From the NCBI GenBank assembly GCA_021778295.1, contig JAJYCP010000001.1:66513-130512 (forward strand): a stretch of 64,000 nucleotides of DNA, given 5' to 3'. Of this stretch, positions 53,210 to 62,938 are shown piece by piece. A program made the translations under genes and the position numbers. This DNA is from a bacterium (GTDB lineage Bacteria; Patescibacteriota; Minisyncoccia; Phycocordibacterales; Phycocordibacteraceae). The notes beneath the pieces were generated by a model. It was not told the origin of the DNA, did not search any database, and saw only the letters and a program-made list of their open reading frames with translations. Within the stretch, counting starts at the first letter, position 1, and every line of letters starts with the position of its first letter.

Positions 53210-53252
53210 ATTTCGCAAAAAAACAACAAGCACCCCGCAGAGGTGCTTTTTG
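53210..53252 (-). terminator. Rho-independent terminator for recR.
   Basis: On the minus strand: AAGCACC-tctgcgg-GGTGCTT followed by GTTGTTTTTTTG. Confidence 0.6.
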
Positions 53253-53267
53253 CGTATCGTACGGCGG

Positions 53268-53870
53268 TTAGGTTTCTTTACGATTCGTGAGCGCGGCGCG
53301 GAGTGTCTCGGCATCGGAGTATTCCAGCTCACTGCCGGTCGCAAGACCGCGGCCGAGCTCTGAGACCTTCACATGATCGCGATAGGACTGGAGGAGTTCT
53401 CGCACACGATCAGTCGTGTGCTCGCCCTCGCTCGTTGCTGAAAGCGCGAGCACGACTTCTTTCAATCCTGTTTTCAAACGTTTCTCAATGCTCCGTAGAA
53501 GCTCTTTTTCCCTGATGACGCCCCTCCCGGAGAGGGTGAGTACGCCGCCGAGCACGAAGTAACGGCCCTTATAAGTTCCGGCGCGCTCTACGGCCGCGAG
53601 GTCCTGATCTTTTTCTACGAGCATCAGAAGCGAATCATCCCGCTTCCCCTCGGAACAATAGTCACAGACAGTCGCCGTCGTGCCATTGTAGAAACGCAAA
53701 CACTCGGGGCACTGTCGTACGTTTTTACCCAGTGACACGATCAATTCCGCGAGTTTCGCGCGCTCCGCAGGAGGAGCCGCAAGAAGGTAAAAAACGAAAC
53801 GCTTGCCCTGGCGCGGCCCGATGCCGGGAAGGCGGGAAAGTGCCTGTGCGAGTTCATCAATTTTGTCCAT
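53268..53870 (-). CDS. recR: Recombination protein RecR.
   Basis: HhH LPGIGPRQGKRF, C4 zinc finger CPECLRFYNGTTATVCDYC, Toprim domain. ATG at 53870. Confidence 0.85.
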   Translation of the reverse strand: MDKIDELAQALSRLPGIGPRQGKRFVFYLLAAPPAERAKLAELIVSLGKNVRQCPECLRFYNGTTATVCDYCSEGKRDDSLLMLVEKDQDLAAVERAGTYKGRYFVLGGVLTLSGRGVIREKELLRSIEKRLKTGLKEVVLALSATSEGEHTTDRVRELLQSYRDHVKVSELGRGLATGSELEYSDAETLRAALTNRKET

Positions 53871-53896
53871 ACGTATAGACCACACGCGCCATATAG

Positions 53897-55255
53897 TTAG
53901 AACTCTGCCGCGAGTTCGCCGTATCCCGACTTATCAACCGGTTGGAAGGTGGCGCGCTTCTCGTCGAAATAAAGCTCGGTCATGCCGGTCGGCCCGTTTC
54001 GGTGCTTCTCGATGAGGATCTCCGCAATGTTCGGACGGTCACTTTCAGGATTGCGCTTGTCTTCGCGATGAATAAAAAGTACGACGTCCGCGTCCTGTTC
54101 GATGGAACCGGAGTCGCGTAAATCGCTCAAGCGCGGCTTTCCGCCGCGCTGCTCCACCGCGCGGGAGAGTTGCGAGAGCGCGATGACCGGTACGGAAAGC
54201 TCGCGCGCAAGCGATTTGAGCGAACGGGAAATCTCGGTTACCTGCTGGACAAGCGAGTCGGAAGCCTTGGTCGACGTCGGAGCCATGAGTTGGAGGTAAT
54301 CGACAATGATAAGCCCGATGCCGCGCTCCCGTTTGAGCCTCCGCGCGACCGCGCGCATCGAGAGGATATTATTCCCCGGCTTGTCATCGATAAAAATAGG
54401 CGCTTTTGAAAGCGATTCGAGCGCGTCGCGGATACGGCCAAAATCTTCTTCTTCTTTCACCTGTCCGGTGCGCAATTTCCACGAGTTGACGAAGGATTCC
54501 GCGGCGAGCATACGGTCGATGAGTTGTTCGGAACTCATTTCGAGCGAGAAGATGCCGACGGGGACGTTGTGGCGTACGGCGGCGTTTCGTGCGATATCAA
54601 GAGCGAGCGATGTTTTCCCCATCGAGGGCCGGGCGGCGATGATGACGAGATCGGAAGGGTGGAAGCCCGAAAGGAGGTTGTCGAGAGCGGGGAAACCCGA
54701 GGGAACGCCGCGTATACCGTCCTCTTTCTTCGAAAGCGCCTCGATGCGATCCCATGCTTCGTGAATTTTATCGCCGATCGCGGTGAATTTATGTGCGGCG
54801 GACGCATTGCCGATGGCGTATATGCTTTTTTCAGCTTCATCGAGAACTTCCATCGTCTCGCGCGCATCGTCATACGCGGATTCGGTAATACCGTATGCCG
54901 CATCGATCAAGGAACGCATCAGGAACTTGCGCGAGACAAGTTCGGCGTAGTAAGAGAAATTTCCCGGTGCGGGCGCGGAGCCGGCAAGCTCGGCAAGATA
55001 ACTGCGCCCTCCGGCGCGCTCCAAAGTACCCTGGCCCTGCATACGCTCGGAAAGCGACAAGAGATCGATTGGTTCGCCGCGTTCCGCAAGCTCACGCATA
55101 GAGCCGAATATGAGGCGATGTTTTTCCGCATAGAAAGAATCGGGACGGATAAGATCTGAAATATCATGAATAGCCTCGGGTTTCAGGAGCAGGGCGCCTA
55201 AAAGCGCGCGCTCGGACTCGAGAGACTGGGGCGGGATGCGGTCAGCGGCAGCCAT
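53897..55255 (-). CDS. dnaB: Replicative DNA helicase DnaB.
   Basis: N-terminal PPQSLESERALLGALL. Walker A GFHPSDLVIIAARPSMGKT. RecA-like C-terminal domain. Confidence 0.85.
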   Translation of the reverse strand: MAAADRIPPQSLESERALLGALLLKPEAIHDISDLIRPDSFYAEKHRLIFGSMRELAERGEPIDLLSLSERMQGQGTLERAGGRSYLAELAGSAPAPGNFSYYAELVSRKFLMRSLIDAAYGITESAYDDARETMEVLDEAEKSIYAIGNASAAHKFTAIGDKIHEAWDRIEALSKKEDGIRGVPSGFPALDNLLSGFHPSDLVIIAARPSMGKTSLALDIARNAAVRHNVPVGIFSLEMSSEQLIDRMLAAESFVNSWKLRTGQVKEEEDFGRIRDALESLSKAPIFIDDKPGNNILSMRAVARRLKRERGIGLIIVDYLQLMAPTSTKASDSLVQQVTEISRSLKSLARELSVPVIALSQLSRAVEQRGGKPRLSDLRDSGSIEQDADVVLFIHREDKRNPESDRPNIAEILIEKHRNGPTGMTELYFDEKRATFQPVDKSGYGELAAEF

Positions 55256-55269
55256 TACGGCCAATTGTA

Positions 55270-56703
55270 TCAAAAAGAAGCTCGAGTCAACACCGGCCCC
55301 TGCGGCCCGTCATCCACACGATATCCCCTGTGCAAAATAGCATCTCGGATGCGGTCAGCTTCTGCGAAGTTTCCGGATACACGCGACGCCTCGCGCTGAG
55401 CGAGCATTTTCAGAATATCTTCCGGCGCATCCTTCGTTGATACGTCCAGTGGAGGCGGTGCAAGAAGCGAGAGGCCGAAGTGTGCGTCAGCATCCTCAAG
55501 GAGCCCCCATTTTTCCTCCGGCGCGTATTCTTCGCTCCGGAGCGTGTCCCAAAGGATGCTGAGAGCCTGAGGTGTCGCGAGATCGTCACGCATTGCGGCC
55601 AGAAAACGTTCACGCGCCTCCGATCGCGCGCTGTGGCGCTTTGATTCATGTGCGATATCGTTTGCGAGTCTCCACAGTCGTTCAAGCGCGCTCGAAGCGC
55701 CCGCAAGCGCCTCGAAGGAAAAGGAGAGGGGCGTCCGATAATGCGCCTGGAGGAAAAAGTAACGCACGGCAAGCGGGGAGAATCCTTTTTCAATGACCTC
55801 CGACAGGTAGACGACATTTCCCAATGACTTCGAGGCTTTATCGCCTCCCATCGTAAGGAAAGCGCCATGCATCCAATAGCGGACGAACGGCCGTCCGTTT
55901 GCCGCCTCTGATTGTGCGATTTCATTATTGTGATGAATAGCGATATGGTCTTCACCACCGGTGTGGATGTCTATTTCTTGTCCAAGGAGAGCGCGAATCA
56001 TGGCCGAGCATTCGATATGCCAACCGGGATTGCCGCGGCCCCACGGGCTATCCCATTGCTGGAGATCTCCCGGTCGCGCGGTACGCCAGAGGACAAAATC
56101 GGCAGGGGAGCGCTTTCCGGCCGCCACCGCGACGCGCGCGCCCGCCTCAAGTCGGGCATGCGCCAGGCCGCCGAGCTTTCCATACCCGGGAAATTTCTGC
56201 ACATCGAAATAGAGGCCATCGGGCAGGCGGTAGGCGAAACCTTTTTCTTCGATCGTCTTCGCCAATGCTATCTGTTCCTTGATGTAGCCGGTTGCTCGCG
56301 GGAAAAGGATGTCGTCGGTGGCGATATTCAGTTCAACGAGATCATCCATGAAGAGCTTCGTATAGCGAGCCGCAAGCGCGTCAGGCGTCGTGTGTTCGCG
56401 CAACGCCCCCACCGTCATCTTGTCCTCGCCTCCATCGGCATCGTTCACGAGATGGCCGACGTCGGTGATATTGATGACGCGCCGTACGCGATAGCCGGCG
56501 GCCTCCAACACGCGCGCGATCGTATCGGAGAAGACATAGGCGCGCAGATTTCCTATATGGGCGCGGTTGTAGACCGTCGGGCCGCAGGAGTAGATCAGCG
56601 CGATGCCGGGTTTGAGCGGTACGAAAAGCTCTTTCGAGCCCGAAAGAGTGTTCGTAAAAAACACGCGCGCCAACGAACGGTCGTCTAAAGCGGCGGCATG
56701 CAT
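55270..56703 (-). CDS. cysS: Cysteine--tRNA ligase.
   Basis: HIGN (HIGH-type) motif CGPTVYNRAHIGN. KMSKS-type KASKSLGN. Candidate ATGs at 56703 and 56736. Confidence 0.85.
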   Translation of the reverse strand: MHAAALDDRSLARVFFTNTLSGSKELFVPLKPGIALIYSCGPTVYNRAHIGNLRAYVFSDTIARVLEAAGYRVRRVINITDVGHLVNDADGGEDKMTVGALREHTTPDALAARYTKLFMDDLVELNIATDDILFPRATGYIKEQIALAKTIEEKGFAYRLPDGLYFDVQKFPGYGKLGGLAHARLEAGARVAVAAGKRSPADFVLWRTARPGDLQQWDSPWGRGNPGWHIECSAMIRALLGQEIDIHTGGEDHIAIHHNNEIAQSEAANGRPFVRYWMHGAFLTMGGDKASKSLGNVVYLSEVIEKGFSPLAVRYFFLQAHYRTPLSFSFEALAGASSALERLWRLANDIAHESKRHSARSEARERFLAAMRDDLATPQALSILWDTLRSEEYAPEEKWGLLEDADAHFGLSLLAPPPLDVSTKDAPEDILKMLAQREASRVSGNFAEADRIRDAILHRGYRVDDGPQGPVLTRASF

Positions 56704-56739
56704 CTGCTTTTTAAGGATACGCCGGAGCCATTCCATGGG

Positions 56740-57660
56740 CTAGAAAATCCAACGCTTCCGCGCAAAGAAGAGCATCATAATGCCCACGATGGCGAACATA
56801 AGCGCAATAATGATCCCAAACGCATCCGGATTCTGCTCGAGCGGCGTCCCGGGAACGTGCATACCAAAAACAAGCGCGATAAGCTCGAGAGGAAGAACGC
56901 TGAACGTTATTACGGTAAGCGTTTTCATTATTTCATTTTGGCGCGCTTCAAGCAGCGTGCTATTGGTCTCGCGCAGTTCGGTCGCGACCGCACGGTTTGT
57001 ATTGACAAGGCGTGCGACTTGCGTGCGTTCGGCCAGGATGCGTGCTACGCGCTCGGCGAACGAACTGTCGAAAAAGTTACGTTCCGCGAGCGTCTGCAGG
57101 AAACGGTCGAGCGGTTCTTCTTGGTTTGCAAGCATTGCTTCCAGGTGCAAGAATTCGCGGCTGATATTTGAAATCAAGCGCACGGTCGTGCGCTCACGAC
57201 CGTCGAACATGTCTTGCTCTACGCGAGCGAGGCGGCCTGCAACGTGATTAGCGTGGTCGCGCACCGATGCGTACAGGTGAGCGAAAAGAATCTCAAGCAG
57301 GACGTCGGTGGTGATGGCGGCATGTCCGTTAACGAGCTTTTGCGCCTCAAGGATTTTTTTTAGGTGATGCAAAGGTGCGACAACTTCATAGCGTACGGTC
57401 AAGATGAATTGATTGCCAATGACAAAATCGATTTCCTGGTTTTTTGTCTCGCCTTCTGTCGCGCCTTGAGCCGGGAAATGGAGTACCAGGAAGGTGGCAC
57501 CAGCATCGCTTGCGACAAGCGGCGCGGGGGTGGGATAGAGCAGCTCCGTCTCGATACGTTCGCTGATTGAAAATTCATGCGCCAGGTCCCGTATCTCGCT
57601 TTCGTTCGGTTGTTCGAGGTCCACCCAGACGCCACCTCGGTACTCATGCCGGGATATCAT
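56740..57660 (-). CDS. corA: CorA-family divalent-cation transporter with a GMH variant of the GMN motif.
   Basis: Cytoplasmic N-terminal domain plus two C-terminal TM helices. The signature reads ALVFGMHVPG. Confidence 0.7.
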   Translation of the reverse strand: MISRHEYRGGVWVDLEQPNESEIRDLAHEFSISERIETELLYPTPAPLVASDAGATFLVLHFPAQGATEGETKNQEIDFVIGNQFILTVRYEVVAPLHHLKKILEAQKLVNGHAAITTDVLLEILFAHLYASVRDHANHVAGRLARVEQDMFDGRERTTVRLISNISREFLHLEAMLANQEEPLDRFLQTLAERNFFDSSFAERVARILAERTQVARLVNTNRAVATELRETNSTLLEARQNEIMKTLTVITFSVLPLELIALVFGMHVPGTPLEQNPDAFGIIIALMFAIVGIMMLFFARKRWIF

Positions 57661-57722
57661 GCATGTAGGATACCATGCGTGCTGTACACCGCTCCACTTG
57701 CAGTGCTACACTGTGCGCTACG

Positions 57723-58976
57723 ATGGAACCCTCGAAAACCTATAGCCGCGGGCGCAGTATCGCAGTGCGCGGCATCTCGTTCGCGCTTGTCGCCGCTGTC
57801 GCTTTCGGTGCGGGGATCTTTATGGGCGCAAACGGTTCCGCAGCGTCCGTCGTTACGCACATCCCGCTTCTCGGCGATGGGCTCGATCCGACACCGGCCC
57901 CAGGGGTCGATCTCACTGATTTTTGGGAGGCATGGAACGCGCTGCAAGCGAACTATGTCGTTACCCATGCTTCTTCAACGCTCCCTTCGGTTCAAGACAG
58001 AATCTTCGGCGCAATCCAAGGTCTTGCCGCCTCCTATGGCGACCCGTACACGGTCTTCTTTCCCCCTGCGCAAGCGAAGGCGTTCGCCGAAAATATTTCA
58101 GGAAGTTTTGCAGGTGTCGGTATGGAAATTGATATAAAAAATAATGTTCTGACCGTTATCGCACCGCTGAAAGGAACGCCCGCTGAAAGAGCCGGCATCA
58201 AAGCGGGGGATATCATCGCAGCCATTGACGGCGCATCAACCAATGGTCTTTCAATCGATGCGGCAGTGAACGAAATCCGCGGTCCTGTCGGTACGACGGT
58301 CGATTTCACCATCATCCGCGGCAGCGAAACGCTTGATATCAAAGTGGTTCGCGCCATCATTCAGGTGCCCGAGATCGAAGACGGTTACGATGCAAAGACC
58401 GGCGTGTATCATATCGCGCTCTATGAATTTACCGCCAATTCCGCAAGTCTCTTTGACCAGGCTTTCGCGCGCTTCAAGGCCTCAGGCTCACGGAAGCTCG
58501 TCATCGACTTGCGCGGCAATCCGGGCGGCTATTTGGATGCCGCAGTCGATATCGCAAGTCATTTTCTCCCCAAAGGCGCGACCGTCGTGACCGAAGATTT
58601 CGGCGGCAAGGAACCGAACCGCGTGCATACCAGTCTCGGCTATAACGACTTGCCTGCGGGCACAAAAGTCGTGGTGCTCATCGACGGCGGATCCGCCTCC
58701 GCCTCCGAAATACTCGCCGGCGCCCTGCAAGATACGCATAGAGCGACACTGATCGGTACGCGTTCTTTCGGCAAGGGTTCCGTGCAGACGCTGATGAATC
58801 TCGATGGTGGTTCGCTCAAAATAACAGTTGCACGCTGGATTACTCCCGCCGGGCATTGGATTATGGGCAACGGTATCACGCCGGACATTGTCGTACCGAT
58901 TACAAAGGCGGACATCGCCGCAAAAAAAGATCCGCAAATGGCGCGTGCGGTCCAGTTTTTGACTACGGGTTCCTGA
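57723..58976 (+). CDS. ctpA: Carboxyl-terminal processing protease (S41 family, PDZ-containing).
   Basis: N-terminal TM. PDZ (GIKAGDIIAAIDG). Catalytic GGSASASEI...SFGKGS. Confidence 0.8.
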   Translation: MEPSKTYSRGRSIAVRGISFALVAAVAFGAGIFMGANGSAASVVTHIPLLGDGLDPTPAPGVDLTDFWEAWNALQANYVVTHASSTLPSVQDRIFGAIQGLAASYGDPYTVFFPPAQAKAFAENISGSFAGVGMEIDIKNNVLTVIAPLKGTPAERAGIKAGDIIAAIDGASTNGLSIDAAVNEIRGPVGTTVDFTIIRGSETLDIKVVRAIIQVPEIEDGYDAKTGVYHIALYEFTANSASLFDQAFARFKASGSRKLVIDLRGNPGGYLDAAVDIASHFLPKGATVVTEDFGGKEPNRVHTSLGYNDLPAGTKVVVLIDGGSASASEILAGALQDTHRATLIGTRSFGKGSVQTLMNLDGGSLKITVARWITPAGHWIMGNGITPDIVVPITKADIAAKKDPQMARAVQFLTTGS

Positions 58977-58995
58977 TAGCGTAGGATGGTCCTCT

Positions 58996-59442
58996 ATGAA
59001 AGTCATCCTGACGAAAGATGTAAAAGGCATCGGGCGCGCTCACGAAACGGTTGAAGTTTTGGGCGGTTACGCGCTCAACTACCTCATCCCGAAAAAACTT
59101 GCGGTTTCCGCGACAAAAAGTGCTGCAAAAGAGGCACACGAAAGGGAGAAACAATCGTTGGCCCGTAAGGAACTTACGGCGAAGCTCATCGAACAGAATC
59201 TTGCGGCGCTTGCCGCGGCGCGTGTCGTTATCAAAGCAAAAGCGAACGAAAAAGGCCACCTCTACGATGCAGTAGGGGAGTCTGAAATCATACAAGCGAT
59301 AAAAGAACAGGTGCGCGTGGAACTTCCCGAACATGCTCTGAAGCTCGAGAAGCCGATCAAGGAGCTTGGCACGTTCGCCGTTCCCGTTGCCACCGGGGAT
59401 TCATTCGGTACGTTTTCCATCCTCATCGAGGCTGACGCGTAA
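58996..59442 (+). CDS. rplI: 50S ribosomal protein L9.
   Basis: MKVILTKDVKGIGRAHETVEV..GYALNYLIPKKLAV. Confidence 0.85.
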   Translation: MKVILTKDVKGIGRAHETVEVLGGYALNYLIPKKLAVSATKSAAKEAHEREKQSLARKELTAKLIEQNLAALAAARVVIKAKANEKGHLYDAVGESEIIQAIKEQVRVELPEHALKLEKPIKELGTFAVPVATGDSFGTFSILIEADA

Positions 59443-59485
59443 CGTATGGGCATCGTGCTCGTTTCCGGTACCGTACGCACTGAGC

Positions 59486-59998
59486 ATGAGTCTTGACGAG
59501 GCCCTCGCCGGGAAAGAAATCCCGGATAAAATCAGAGAGACGCTCGTACTCGTAAGCGTCCCCTATCTCTCTTTCGAGAAAGAAATTCGTGAAGGGCAGT
59601 TAGTCGTGCACGCGGAAGTCGCCGCGGAAGTGCAACAGCTCTTCATGAGATTGCTCGAGATACGTTTTCAAATCGAACAGGTTATTCCCATCGTCGCCTA
59701 CGGATGGGACGATGCGGTTTCCATGGCCGCAAACAATACGTCGGCATTCAATTACCGGCTCATACACGGAACAAATCGCCTCTCAAATCATTCGTATGGG
59801 TTGGCGCTTGATATCAATCCCGCCCTCAATCCATATACCCAATACGATGGGGAAGTCGTTCCTCCCGGCGCCCGCTACGATGTCGGAAGACCGGGAACGA
59901 TAACCGAGGAAATTGCTGCACTTTTCAAATCGCGCGGCTGGCAGTGGGGCGGCGACTGGCTCCGTAAGGACTGGCAGCATTTTCAGAAGCCGATGTAA
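59486..59998 (+). CDS. M15-family peptidase (VanY/D-Ala-D-Ala carboxypeptidase-like).
   Basis: Zinc-ligand motif SNHSYGLALDINP. ATG at 59486. Confidence 0.65.
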   Translation: MSLDEALAGKEIPDKIRETLVLVSVPYLSFEKEIREGQLVVHAEVAAEVQQLFMRLLEIRFQIEQVIPIVAYGWDDAVSMAANNTSAFNYRLIHGTNRLSNHSYGLALDINPALNPYTQYDGEVVPPGARYDVGRPGTITEEIAALFKSRGWQWGGDWLRKDWQHFQKPM

Positions 59999-60053
59999 AC
60001 CGGTCGTGCTGCCATCAGCCCGAAGCGGGCGGTTCTGAACGATTCCAGTAACG

Positions 60054-60329
60054 CTACGAGACGACGTCAGCTACTTTTTTGCTGATGAGACGGCCGTCAA
60101 AGCATCTTTTACGGCGCGTGCGGAAAGCAACGGTGCCGGCGGTGAGCGCAAAGAGGGTATGATCGCGGCCGACCTTTACGTTTTTGCCCGCCTCAATCTT
60201 TGTGCCGCGTTGGCGGACGATGACCATGCCGGGACGGGCAGCGGCACCGTCAGCAAGCTTCACTCCGAGATATTTCGGGTTTGAATCGTTGAGGTTTTTC
60301 GCCGATCCGCCAGCTTTGGTTGATGCCAT
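60054..60329 (-). CDS. rpmA: 50S ribosomal protein L27.
   Basis: [28 protein letters not shown]...[13 protein letters not shown]. Confidence 0.9.
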   Translation of the reverse strand: MASTKAGGSAKNLNDSNPKYLGVKLADGAAARPGMVIVRQRGTKIEAGKNVKVGRDHTLFALTAGTVAFRTRRKRCFDGRLISKKVADVVS

Positions 60330-60349
60330 AATGGTATAGTTAAGACCCG

Positions 60350-60703
60350 ATGACTATAGCAGAAACACGCCAGATATGCAAAGGCCTCCTTGCACGCATA
60401 CCGCGAGATGTGCTCATTATCGTTATTCTCATACTTGCTTCGCTTTTGAGTTTCGGTCTTGGATATCTGACCGGCGTGGACGCGGCTGCGCAAAGGAGCA
60501 GCGCGACGCTTCAGGCATCCTCGTTCGTTGCTTCGACCACGTCCGGACAACAAGTGATCGCTTCGAAAAACGGGACAAAATATTATTTCCCTTGGTGCGC
60601 GGGCGCGGAGCGTATCGCGGAAACGCATAAAGTCTGGTTCGCCTCCGCCGCATCCGCACGCTCAGCGGGTTATACGCCTTCGGCAAATTGCGCCGGTCTT
60701 TAA
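60350..60703 (+). CDS. Membrane-anchored protein with an Ada-like metal-binding (Ada_Zn_binding-like) domain.
   Basis: N-terminal TM, then [37 protein letters not shown]. Confidence 0.45.
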   Translation: MTIAETRQICKGLLARIPRDVLIIVILILASLLSFGLGYLTGVDAAAQRSSATLQASSFVASTTSGQQVIASKNGTKYYFPWCAGAERIAETHKVWFASAASARSAGYTPSANCAGL

Positions 60704-60721
60704 TTTGTTACACTACGACAT

Positions 60722-61489
60722 ATGAACGAGGATCTTACGCGCGATACGCCCGTCGTGCACACTTCCGGGCAACAACACCGGGAGACGGCCGAACGGCTTA
60801 CGAAAGCGATACATGAGGGACAGCGTACGATGCCCGAAGATCGTCCGCTGCTCGTCTGTAAGCCGAATAAAATAGAATCGTGGCGCGTCTTTAAAATAAT
60901 GTCAGAATTCGTTGAAGGATTCGACGTTATCAGCCGTTGCGGACTCGCTGCGTCTTTTTTCGGCAGCGCCCGCGCCTCTTTTGAAGACGAGGTTTATAAA
61001 GATGCGACCGAGCTGGCCGGCCGCCTTGCGAAAAAAGGTTTCGCTGTCGTTACCGGCGGAAGCGCCGGGGTCATGCAGGCCGCAAATAAAGGAGCTTTTG
61101 AAGCGGGGGGAACTTCAGTCGGGCTCAATATCAATCTGCCGGACGCGCAGACCTACAACCCCTATCTCACCACCCGATTCAGTTTCGACCATTTTTTCGT
61201 GCGCAAAGTCATGCTCGCATACGCTTCCGAGGTTTACGTCTATTTCCCGGGAGGTTTCGGTACCCTTGATGAATTTTTTGAGATCGTAACACTCGTGCAA
61301 ACAAAAAAAATCCGCAAAGTACCCATCATCCTTTTCGGGAAGCACTATTGGGAACCGCTTCTCGCATTCATTGCCGAGACGCTCTATCGGCAGCATAAGG
61401 CAATCAATAAGGAGGATATGGAACTGTACCGGCTCGTTGATTCGGTCGACGAAGCGTACGATTACATTATTGCGAACGTTTCCTGCTAA
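60722..61489 (+). CDS. LOG-family protein (cytokinin riboside 5'-monophosphate phosphoribohydrolase-like).
   Basis: Motifs VVTGGSAGVMQAANKGA and PGGFGTLDEFFE. Confidence 0.8.
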   Translation: MNEDLTRDTPVVHTSGQQHRETAERLTKAIHEGQRTMPEDRPLLVCKPNKIESWRVFKIMSEFVEGFDVISRCGLAASFFGSARASFEDEVYKDATELAGRLAKKGFAVVTGGSAGVMQAANKGAFEAGGTSVGLNINLPDAQTYNPYLTTRFSFDHFFVRKVMLAYASEVYVYFPGGFGTLDEFFEIVTLVQTKKIRKVPIILFGKHYWEPLLAFIAETLYRQHKAINKEDMELYRLVDSVDEAYDYIIANVSC

Positions 61490-61493
61490 GGAC

Positions 61494-61655
61494 ATGTCCG
61501 GTCTTGATTACAGCCAAAAGCGCCTTCTTGGGAAGGCGTTGAAAAGCAGAAAGCGCGATGCGCGCACTCGGCAGCTCCAGATTTACGCAGTCTTAACCGG
61601 TTTTCTTTCCATGCTTATTTCTTTTGCGACGTTAGTTGTTTGGATATTGAAATAA
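61494..61655 (+). CDS. Small membrane peptide (53 aa), paralog 1.
   Basis: C-terminal TM IYAVLTGFLSMLISFATLVVWILK. AAGGA lies before the ATG. Confidence 0.35.
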   Translation: MSGLDYSQKRLLGKALKSRKRDARTRQLQIYAVLTGFLSMLISFATLVVWILK

Positions 61656-61724
61656 GCAGGGAAGTGAGGAAGAAAGCGGGCAAAACTTTTCCATAGGCCG
61701 GTTCCTCGTGATACCCTATTTTAT

Positions 61725-61838
61725 ATGAAAAGGAACAAACATTTTGTCGAACGTCTTGAAATCTACGCATTCTGGACCGGATTCATGAGCACAATCATCA
61801 GCCTTCTTCAGGTTATCATTATCGCGCTCAAGAAATAG
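61725..61838 (+). CDS. Small membrane peptide (37 aa), paralog 2 (not in track).
   Basis: MKRNKHFVERLEIYAFWTGFMSTIISLLQVIIIALKK*. Shares IYA..TGF.S.IS with paralog 1. Confidence 0.3.
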   Translation: MKRNKHFVERLEIYAFWTGFMSTIISLLQVIIIALKK

Positions 61839-61909
61839 GGAATATCTCTTTTGTTGGATATATGTATGTCGCACAATGTATCTTTTGCGACTTCCTCCCT
61901 CTATCCTAT

Positions 61910-62101
61910 TCATATACTGCGCACGGCAGAGGTAAGACGCTGGAGGTATACGGCAAGCCACTGCCAGGCCTGGGTGAGTATCTGCACAATGTAAGCAAGA
62001 TTCGCCTGTCCGGCGGGTGAATCGATTATCTTCTGAATGGAGATACCGAAAAATGATAGAGCGAGGAACAATACGAACATCCAGAAAATGAGTTTGAACA
62101 T
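61910..62101 (-). CDS. Small membrane protein (63 aa).
   Basis: ATG at 62101 with TATAAT about 10 nt upstream. TM FKLIFWMFVLFLALSFFGI. Confidence 0.35.
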   Translation of the reverse strand: MFKLIFWMFVLFLALSFFGISIQKIIDSPAGQANLAYIVQILTQAWQWLAVYLQRLTSAVRSI

Positions 62102-62149
62102 GGACGGTTCTATTATACAGCGGGTTACGTCCGGTGCTAGTATCTCGGC

Positions 62150-62773
62150 ATGACGAGAAAAGCCGCCGCGCTCCGGCACTTAAAGCAAGCCGATCCTTAT
62201 TTCTACAGGGTGACGAGGTTCCACCATCGTTCCCTCCCGGCGCGTCTTCCTGAGAAGCGTACTCGTGCCGCGCTGTTTGCAGCGCTTGTCTCGATCGTCA
62301 TCGCACAACAGTTGGGGACCGCCGCCGCCGACACTATCCTTGCACGCGTACGGGCGGCATGTCGGGGTCGCCTGACTTCCCTTTCGATCCTCAAAATGAA
62401 GCCCTCGCTTTTTCGTCAAGCCGGGCTTTCGGGTGCGAAGACGAAAACGCTCAAAGCAATCGCCAGCGCAATTGAAAGTGGCACGCTTGATTTACTCGCA
62501 TTGAAAGCACTTCCCGAAACGGAAGCGGCGCGTACGCTTATGAACCTATGGGGTCTCGGTCCGTGGTCAGTTGATATGTTTATGATGTTTGCGCTCGGTC
62601 GCGAAGATGTCTTTTCATCGGGCGATCTCGGCCTCGTCCGCGCGATGGAGGCGATCTATCACCTGCCAAAAGATTCCCCGCGCGGCACGCTCCTTGCAAT
62701 CGCGGGGAAATGGTCCCCGTACCGAACCTACGCGTGCCTCCTCCTTTGGAGAACTCGGGATACGAAGTTTTGA
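62150..62773 (+). CDS. HhH-GPD-family DNA glycosylase (AlkA/3-methyladenine glycosylase II-like).
   Basis: Helix-hairpin-helix LWGLGPWSVDMFMMFALGREDVFSSGDLGL, with the catalytic Asp region. Confidence 0.75.
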   Translation: MTRKAAALRHLKQADPYFYRVTRFHHRSLPARLPEKRTRAALFAALVSIVIAQQLGTAAADTILARVRAACRGRLTSLSILKMKPSLFRQAGLSGAKTKTLKAIASAIESGTLDLLALKALPETEAARTLMNLWGLGPWSVDMFMMFALGREDVFSSGDLGLVRAMEAIYHLPKDSPRGTLLAIAGKWSPYRTYACLLLWRTRDTKF

Positions 62774-62788
62774 TATGAATTTATTAGA

Positions 62789-62938
62789 GAACCCCTCTCA
62801 AAACTCCAGACGACGCGAGGGGTATGCCGCAGGAAAGGGCTCTCGGAGCCTGACGAGGCGAGAGCGAGACGCTTTTTCAGCAGAAAAAGACGGCGTACCT
62901 TTCCTGCGGCATACCCGAGCGGCGTTTTGAAATGGGTT
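62789..62938. repeat. MITE/REP-like element, copy D (inverted orientation relative to copy B).
   Basis: Ends ...GGCGTTTTGAAATGGGTTC, the reverse complement of the GAACCCATTTCAAA terminus. Its interior is the reverse complement of copy B's left half. Fills the gap between the alkA-like stop and the C39-like gene stop. Confidence 0.7.
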
